A stretch of 64,000 bases of DNA from an uncultured Oscillospiraceae bacterium (GTDB taxonomy: Bacteria; Bacillota; Clostridia; Oscillospirales; Oscillospiraceae). A program made the translations under genes and the position numbers. Position 1 is the stretch's first letter, and the number at the start of each line of letters is the position of its first letter. Of the stretch, positions 9,206-14,258 are shown piece by piece. The notes under the pieces are model-generated. The model did not search any database. It was not told the DNA's origin and was given only the letters and a program-made list of their open reading frames with translations. The DNA lies in assembly GCA_947631865.1 (NCBI GenBank), contig CANRNF010000003.1, positions 16,595 to 80,594 on the forward strand. The letters are read 5' to 3'.

Positions 9206-9388
9206 ATGTCCGAAGAGAAGAAGAACGAAGTCCAGGAGCAGAACGAGCTGAACGAGAACGATCTGGACGGCGTGTCCGGCGGCGCCTTTGCCGAGGTAAA
9301 CCCGCTGAGCATGGGCCGTAATGTCCTCAGGACCACTGAAGACGGAAGGGCTGACGGCCCCATGACCAGCCGCTCCAACATTCGGTGA
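9206..9388 (+). CDS. A1: GG-leader peptide, Cys-free 34-aa core; candidate signalling peptide
   Basis: MSEEKKNEVQEQNELNENDLDGVSGG|AFAEV... SD AAGGAGG lies upstream. The gene sits directly downstream of the kinase. Confidence 0.7.
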   Translation: MSEEKKNEVQEQNELNENDLDGVSGGAFAEVNPLSMGRNVLRTTEDGRADGPMTSRSNIR

Positions 9389-9422
9389 AAAACAGCAGCC
9401 GGAGGGGTCCGACGGGAGGAAC

Positions 9423-9629
9423 ATGATGAACGTAAACACCATGGACACCCGGCTCAGGGCGCTTTTTGACCGCCAGAGGAAGGTCAGCGATCCGCGCATG
9501 GCGCGGCTCATCGGGGAGACAGAGACCCGGTGGGGCGCGCCCATCGCGGACGACGACCTGGGATCGGTGGCGGCGGCGGGCGACCCGGACGCAGGCCAGA
9601 GAAAAACACCCTGGGATGAGCGCAGATGA
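9423..9629 (+). CDS. Hypothetical 68-aa protein translationally coupled to the sigma factor gene
   Basis: SD GGGAGGA lies upstream. Its stop overlaps the sigma start (ATGA). No family was recognised. Confidence 0.5.
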   Translation: MMNVNTMDTRLRALFDRQRKVSDPRMARLIGETETRWGAPIADDDLGSVAAAGDPDAGQRKTPWDERR

Positions 9630-10099
9630 TGGACGGGGAAGAGCTGTACCTGCGGTACAGGGATAAGGTCCTGGCCTATATCCGCGCCAGGGTGGAAAAC
9701 GAACAGGACGCGGAGGACCTTTGCTCCACCGTCTTTATGAAGGCGTGGGCAAACCTGCCGGATTATGACGGGCAGAGGTCCTCTGTCTCCACATGGCTTT
9801 TTTCCATCGCCCACAACGCGATCATCGACTTTTACCGCGGCCGGCGGCCGGCGGCCGAATTGGACGAGACGGTGCCGGCCCCGGAGCGGGACCCGGAACT
9901 GGAGGCCCTGGCGGAGGCGCTGGAGGCCCTGCCGGAGCGGGAGCGGGACGTGATCGTGCTGTACTACTACCACGGACTGACCCTGAAGGAGATCGCGGTC
10001 CACATGCGCCTTGCCTACAGCACGGTGAAGCTCTGCCACAGCCGGACGCTGGAGGCGCTCAGACAGATGATGGGCGGAACAGAGGCCCTGAAGATATGA
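9626..10099 (+). CDS. Sigma-70 family, ECF-like RNA polymerase sigma factor
   Basis: 157 aa containing only region 2 (DAEDLCSTVFMKAW, STWLFSIAHNAIIDFYR) and region 4 (LPERERDVIVLYYYHGLTLKEIA). Confidence 0.85.
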   Translation: MMDGEELYLRYRDKVLAYIRARVENEQDAEDLCSTVFMKAWANLPDYDGQRSSVSTWLFSIAHNAIIDFYRGRRPAAELDETVPAPERDPELEALAEALEALPERERDVIVLYYYHGLTLKEIAVHMRLAYSTVKLCHSRTLEALRQMMGGTEALKI

Positions 10100-10132
10100 C
10101 CGGAAACGACAGTTTTTGAAGGAGATACGACC

Positions 10133-10429
10133 ATGGAGCAGAAAGTGATCGAGGAATTCCTGGAAAAGGCGAAGCAGGCAAAGAGCCCGGAGGAGATCAA
10201 GGCCGCCGCGAGGGCGTGCGGTCTGGAGCTGACGGCGGAGAAGCTCACGAAGCTGGACGGCGCGCTTTGTGGAGCGAAGGGCGAGCTGTCCGACGAGGAC
10301 CTGGACGGCGTCGCCGGCGGGAAGCAGAACCTGGAGTATGGCACCCCTGAGTTTTGGCACTATGTAGACGAACAGATCCAAAAATACGGACCGAGTGTCG
10401 TCCCCGCTTTGATGGCGACCTATATGTAA
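10133..10429 (+). CDS. N1: Nif11-like-leader GG precursor, Cys-free core
   Basis: MEQKVIEEFLEKAKQAKSPEEIKAAARACGLELTAEKL...ELSDEDLDGVAGG|KQNLEYG... matches the Nif11 leader architecture. Confidence 0.8.
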   Translation: MEQKVIEEFLEKAKQAKSPEEIKAAARACGLELTAEKLTKLDGALCGAKGELSDEDLDGVAGGKQNLEYGTPEFWHYVDEQIQKYGPSVVPALMATYM

Positions 10430-10482
10430 TAAACGCAGAAGACGCTAGCGGGGGACATACATAGTAAAGGGGAGGCACTATC

Positions 10483-10716
10483 GTGGACGACAACGAGAAC
10501 AAAAAGAGCGGTGAAGAGCTGGCCGACGAGGCCCTGGACAAGGTGGCCGGCGGCGGGTTAATGCGTAAGCCATGCTGCTTTATATGCGGTCGGGACGACA
10601 TTCCCCTGGGAGAGGGTTCCTACCGTGCGGCGGATTATGGAAGATCCATTTCCTATATCTGCGAGGCTTGCTTAAAATCCAACTACGGCCCGGAATGGAC
10701 ATGGCGCAAACTTTGA
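10483..10716 (+). CDS. A2: short-GG-leader precursor, zinc-ribbon-like core (class i)
   Basis: GTG start after AAAGGGGAGG. Leader (M)DDNENKKSGEELADEALDKVAGG; core has CFIC...YICEAC. Confidence 0.8.
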   Translation: MDDNENKKSGEELADEALDKVAGGGLMRKPCCFICGRDDIPLGEGSYRAADYGRSISYICEACLKSNYGPEWTWRKL

Positions 10717-10749
10717 TGGCCGGGTGACCCGGCAGAGAGGAGAATTATC

Positions 10750-11055
10750 ATGGAGCAGAAGAAGATCGAGGAATTCGTGGAAAAAGCGAAGCAGGCCAAG
10801 AGCCCGGAGGAAGTGGAGGCCGCAGCGAAGGCGTGCGGGGTGGAGCTGACGGCGGAGAAGCTCGCGAAGCTGGAGAAATCCCTCCGCGGAAAGAAGGGCG
10901 AGCTGTCCGACGAGGAGCTGGCCGGCGTTTCCGGCGGGGCGGTGGATCCGAGCACGACCGATTGGCTCGCTGAGCAGCTCGTTGAGCAGTTCAAAGAGCA
11001 GATCAAAGACCTCGACCCGGAATTCTTGGAATTGCTGAAGCTGGCTTTGTCCTGA
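10750..11055 (+). CDS. N2: Nif11-like-leader GG precursor, Cys-free amphipathic core
   Basis: Its leader is nearly identical to N1. ...ELSDEELAGVSGG|AVDPSTTDWLAEQLVEQFKEQI... Confidence 0.8.
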   Translation: MEQKKIEEFVEKAKQAKSPEEVEAAAKACGVELTAEKLAKLEKSLRGKKGELSDEELAGVSGGAVDPSTTDWLAEQLVEQFKEQIKDLDPEFLELLKLALS

Positions 11056-11078
11056 AAGACGGGAACAGGAGAAACGAC

Positions 11079-11345
11079 ATGGACAACAGCGAGAACAAAA
11101 AGAGCTACGAGGAACTGGCCGACGAGGCATTGGACAAGGTGGCCGGCGGTGGCTGGGAATGGCTATGGGGAGACTCATCGCCCAGAGTGACCCCATGCGG
11201 CATTTGCCGCGGAACTGAGGAGCAAGCTATATTATATACGATCGATTTCGGCAACGGCGGCAGCTCCGGGATGTACTTGTGTTCCAAGTGCCTCGCGGAC
11301 GAAAGGAAAAAATATAAAGTGACCGAAGGCTGGGGCGGGAAATGA
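11079..11345 (+). CDS. A3: short-GG-leader precursor, zinc-ribbon-like core (class i)
   Basis: Leader MDNSENKKSYEELADEALDKVAGG; core has PCGIC...YLCSKC. Confidence 0.82.
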   Translation: MDNSENKKSYEELADEALDKVAGGGWEWLWGDSSPRVTPCGICRGTEEQAILYTIDFGNGGSSGMYLCSKCLADERKKYKVTEGWGGK

Positions 11346-11399
11346 CGTGCGCGGAATTGTCCGAAGGCTGCCATTGCTGACGAAAGGAAAGGAAGAGCT

Positions 11400-11618
11400 A
11401 TGAATCAAGACGAAAATAAAAAAAGCGTTGAAGAACTGGCGGACGAGGCCTTGGACGCGATAACGGGCGGGAAGAGGGATGAATACGTACGCCCCACGGT
11501 CACCTGTCCCAAGTGCCATCAGCAAAAAGAGAGGCTGGTGACATGCCGTGACCCGAAGGATCCGACAAAGCGTGAGTCCATGTGCCCCGACTGTGCCCGC
11601 GATCTCGGGTATGTGTGA
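11400..11618 (+). CDS. A4: short-GG-leader precursor, zinc-ribbon-like core (class i)
   Basis: Leader MNQDENKKSVEELADEALDAITGG; core has CPKC...MCPDC. Confidence 0.8.
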   Translation: MNQDENKKSVEELADEALDAITGGKRDEYVRPTVTCPKCHQQKERLVTCRDPKDPTKRESMCPDCARDLGYV

Positions 11619-11650
11619 TGACCGTCCCGGACGGAGAAAGGAGAGACATC

Positions 11651-11863
11651 ATGGAAAACAGCGAGAACAAAAAGACCCCGGAAGAGCTGGCCGACGAGGC
11701 GTTGGACAAGGTGGCCGGGGGGGAGTACGGTGGGGATTTTGTTGTACTCAACTGCAGATCCTGCCGCCACCATAACAATGACTGTCCCTACGGAACTCCG
11801 CTGGGTGCCGTGTTAGAATTGAAACCATCGTATTGGACACTGTGCCCAAGCAAGGAGGCTTGA
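11651..11863 (+). CDS. A5: short-GG-leader precursor, class ii Cys core
   Basis: Leader MENSENKKTPEELADEALDKVAGG; core has NCRSC...DCPY...LCP. The internal ATG is preferred over the track start 11582 because of the SD and the leader alignment. Confidence 0.78.
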   Translation: MENSENKKTPEELADEALDKVAGGEYGGDFVVLNCRSCRHHNNDCPYGTPLGAVLELKPSYWTLCPSKEA

Positions 11864-11866
11864 CCG

Positions 11867-12112
11867 ATGAACGACAGCGAGAACAAAAAGAGCGGTGAGG
11901 CCTTGGCCGACGAGGCGCTGGAAAATGTGTCCGGGGGGAGCGACGATGTTTTTTTTACAATTATAAGTTTTAGGAACAATTTTAAAAGCAGAAACAATTG
12001 CACGTCCTGCAACAGCTATTACAGGAGCAACTGTCTGCTAAAGCTTACTGTTGAAGGACTCTACGATAAGTTTAGCGGGGACAATAACGCGATGTGCCCT
12101 TACAAGACGTAA
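11867..12112 (+). CDS. A6: short-GG-leader precursor, class ii Cys core
   Basis: Leader MNDSENKKSGEALADEALENVSGG; core has NNCTSC...NC...AMCPYKT. The core DNA is locally AT-rich. Confidence 0.78.
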   Translation: MNDSENKKSGEALADEALENVSGGSDDVFFTIISFRNNFKSRNNCTSCNSYYRSNCLLKLTVEGLYDKFSGDNNAMCPYKT

Positions 12113-12138
12113 GACAGGGCCGAAAGGAGAAAACGGAC

Positions 12139-12378
12139 ATGAGCGACAGCGAGAACAAAAAGACCCCGGAGGCCCTGGCCGACGAGGCGCTGGACGCGGT
12201 GGCCGGCGGGAGCAGCAGATTTGACGCGCTCCTTAAGGGGGGAGCCTGCGCGGACTGCCCACGGATCGACGAGAGCGTTCATATGTATGATGTGATATTC
12301 GACGGCAGCAGCATGTCCATCTATCTCTGTCCCGATTGCGTTGCCAAACGCCGCCAAAGAGGACAAGTGGTTCGGTAA
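12139..12378 (+). CDS. A7: short-GG-leader precursor, zinc-ribbon-like core (class i)
   Basis: Leader MSDSENKKTPEALADEALDAVAGG; core has CADC...YLCPDC. The start at ATG 12139 is chosen by SD and leader alignment. Confidence 0.8.
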   Translation: MSDSENKKTPEALADEALDAVAGGSSRFDALLKGGACADCPRIDESVHMYDVIFDGSSMSIYLCPDCVAKRRQRGQVVR

Positions 12379-12406
12379 GCGCGCAGACAGCGGAAAGGAG
12401 AGCGAC

Positions 12407-12682
12407 ATGAACGATAGCGAGAATAAAAAGACCCCGGAGGAGCTGGCCGACGAGGCGCTGGAGAAGGTGTCCGGAGGCGGGCTCTCCTGGGGCGGCCTTG
12501 TACTACCGGACCCGCTGGAGGACATTTTCGCTGAGAAGTGCCATAAGTGCGGGAAAAAGCCCGGTCGGCAGTATACCCTGTACTATCCGACGCCGTTCGG
12601 CCCCAGGATCGAGACCTGCTGCGACGACTGCGCCGAACTGTTCAGACAAACGTATGGAGGCGAAGCGATCCCCGTCGACTGA
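12407..12682 (+). CDS. A8: short-GG-leader precursor, zinc-ribbon-like core (class i)
   Basis: Leader MNDSENKKTPEELADEALEKVSGG; core has CHKC...CCDDC. Confidence 0.8.
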   Translation: MNDSENKKTPEELADEALEKVSGGGLSWGGLVLPDPLEDIFAEKCHKCGKKPGRQYTLYYPTPFGPRIETCCDDCAELFRQTYGGEAIPVD

Positions 12683-12709
12683 CGGCAGACAGCGGAAAGG
12701 AGAACGACT

Positions 12710-12961
12710 ATGAATGATAACGAGAACAACAAGAGCATGGAGGCTCTGCCCGACGAGGCCCTGGACAAGGTGACCGGCGGTGATGGATTGACATATCTGC
12801 CTTTCAAGATCCCATGCCACAGGTGCCCCAGATGTGACGAGACCGTGATGTATTATACGATCAAAGACGAAAGCGGTGGGTACGGGATGAACCTGTGTCC
12901 CGACTGCGTCGCGGAACTCAGGAAAGATCATACGGTGTACGAAGGCTTTCATCTATTCTGA
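12710..12961 (+). CDS. A9: short-GG-leader precursor, zinc-ribbon-like core (class i)
   Basis: Leader MNDNENNKSMEALPDEALDKVTGG; core has CHRCPRC...NLCPDC. Confidence 0.82.
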   Translation: MNDNENNKSMEALPDEALDKVTGGDGLTYLPFKIPCHRCPRCDETVMYYTIKDESGGYGMNLCPDCVAELRKDHTVYEGFHLF

Positions 12962-12981
12962 CGCCGGGAAAGAGGACGACA

Positions 12982-13172
12982 GTGAATAACGAACGCAAAC
13001 GTGTACCCCCCGAAGCGCTGGACGACGATGCCATGGACAGGGTCGCCGGGGGAGGATCACTCTCAGACGGACAGGGGTTCTACCACTGTAAAAACTGCGG
13101 TGCGCAGTTCACAAAAACCAGATCGTGTATGGCCGCCGTCTCAGCTGCCCCAGCTGCGGGGCATGGCTGTGA
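12982..13172 (+). pseudogene. A10: frameshifted GG-leader precursor (class i); single-A deficit in A5 run at 13113-13117
   Basis: GTG start, (V)NNERKRVPPEALDDDAMDRVAGG...FYHCKNCGAQFTK. With one more A the frame reads NQIVYGRRLSCPSCGAWL-stop at 13172, parallel to A11. As written the frame runs on into A11. Confidence 0.65.
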
Positions 13173-13202
13173 TATAAATGATTATATAAGGGGAGAACGA
13201 AC

Positions 13203-13391
13203 ATGGATAACAACGAGGACAAAAAGAGCGGTGAAGAGCTGGTGGACGAGGCGCTGGACAGGGTCGCCGGCGGGAGAATATACCAAGACAGACACGGGAT
13301 CCTCTACTGCGATAGCTGCGGTGCGTCTTTCCTGGCAGAACACCTCCAGACTATGCGCCGTCTCCACTGCCCCTACTGCGGGGCGGAATAA
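13203..13391 (+). CDS. A11: short-GG-leader precursor, zinc-ribbon-like core (class i)
   Basis: Leader MDNNEDKKSGEELVDEALDRVAGG; core has YCDSC...HCPYC. Confidence 0.8.
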   Translation: MDNNEDKKSGEELVDEALDRVAGGRIYQDRHGILYCDSCGASFLAEHLQTMRRLHCPYCGAE

Positions 13392-13424
13392 CATTCACAA
13401 ACTGCTGTGGTAAGGAGATATGAC

Positions 13425-14201
13425 ATGAAGCGGAGCGCGGGATACTTTATGGCGCTGGCCCTGACGGCGGCGCTCATCCTGGGCGCGGCCACGCCGGCGC
13501 TGGCGGCGGAGAATTTTTCCGACGAGATGAAATTCGACGACGGGGCCGATATCAGCCCCGCTGACGGCGCGGACAGCGTGGAGCGGGCGGGGGACCACGA
13601 GGACAGCCCCTACTTCCGCCACCCGGATTTTTATAACATGACCTCCACCGACAGTCTGACCATCCTGACGAACTTCAAGACCATACAGCAGTCCAGCGAG
13701 TGGAGCTGCGGCGTGGCCTGCGTGCTGATGACGCTGGAGTGGTACGGCCTGCGGGGGGACTACGACGAGGAGAGCCTGGCTCAGCTGCGGCCCCAGGGGA
13801 TGGAGCCCGTGGCTACCACCATGAGCCAGATGGTGGGCCTTTTTGATTCAGTAGGCGGCTTTGATTGCTACTCCGCCATCGACGCGGGGGAGGACGCGGC
13901 GGATATCTTCACTTTTGATTACATCCAGGAGACCCTGGCGAACGGCGACCCCATCATCATCGGCTGGAACGACTGGGGCGCCCACTGGCAGATCATCATC
14001 GGCTACGACGACATGGGCACCGAGGTGACCCAGGACGACGTGATCATCGTGGCCGACCCCTATGACACCACCGACCATGACCAGGACGGCTACGGCATCT
14101 ATCCCGCCGAGCGGTTCCTGTATAACTTTACATTCTACGATTACTTTGACGAGGGCGAGCTGAACGACATGTGCTTCCTCGTCGCCAGACCCGCGGCCTG
14201 A
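13425..14201 (+). CDS. Secreted papain-fold, C39-like cysteine peptidase
   Basis: Signal peptide MKRSAGYFMALALTAALILGAATPALA. The order Q..SSEWSCGVACVLM ... GAHWQIIIGYDD ... ADPYD matches the Gln/Cys/His/Asp layout of C39-type peptidases. SD AAGGAG lies 7 nt upstream of ATG 13425. Confidence 0.6.
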   Translation: MKRSAGYFMALALTAALILGAATPALAAENFSDEMKFDDGADISPADGADSVERAGDHEDSPYFRHPDFYNMTSTDSLTILTNFKTIQQSSEWSCGVACVLMTLEWYGLRGDYDEESLAQLRPQGMEPVATTMSQMVGLFDSVGGFDCYSAIDAGEDAADIFTFDYIQETLANGDPIIIGWNDWGAHWQIIIGYDDMGTEVTQDDVIIVADPYDTTDHDQDGYGIYPAERFLYNFTFYDYFDEGELNDMCFLVARPAA

Positions 14202-14258
14202 CGGGGAGAGCAAGATACATATAGGGACCGCCTCGGTCCCCACAGGAGAGGAGACCGG

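Noticed and set aside
8669-10381. 570-aa minus-strand ORF spanning the kinase 3' end, A1, the sigma gene and N1
   Set aside because: It crosses several well-supported plus-strand genes and intergenic promoters. It has low-complexity composition and no recognisable domain.
10483-13391. Periodic ~70-bp conserved repeats every ~200-300 bp, superficially like a CRISPR or other repeat-spacer array
   Set aside because: The repeats are the in-frame leader-coding 5' ends of small genes, each with its own SD and start codon. The spacing is irregular, the repeat is not palindromic, and no cas genes are present.
12895-13413. 172-aa ORF covering the end of A9, A10 and A11
   Set aside because: It is a composite. 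It reads out of frame through A9, then through the A10 leader, and after the A10 frameshift runs out of frame across A11. It is better explained as a frameshifted 63-codon paralog (A10).
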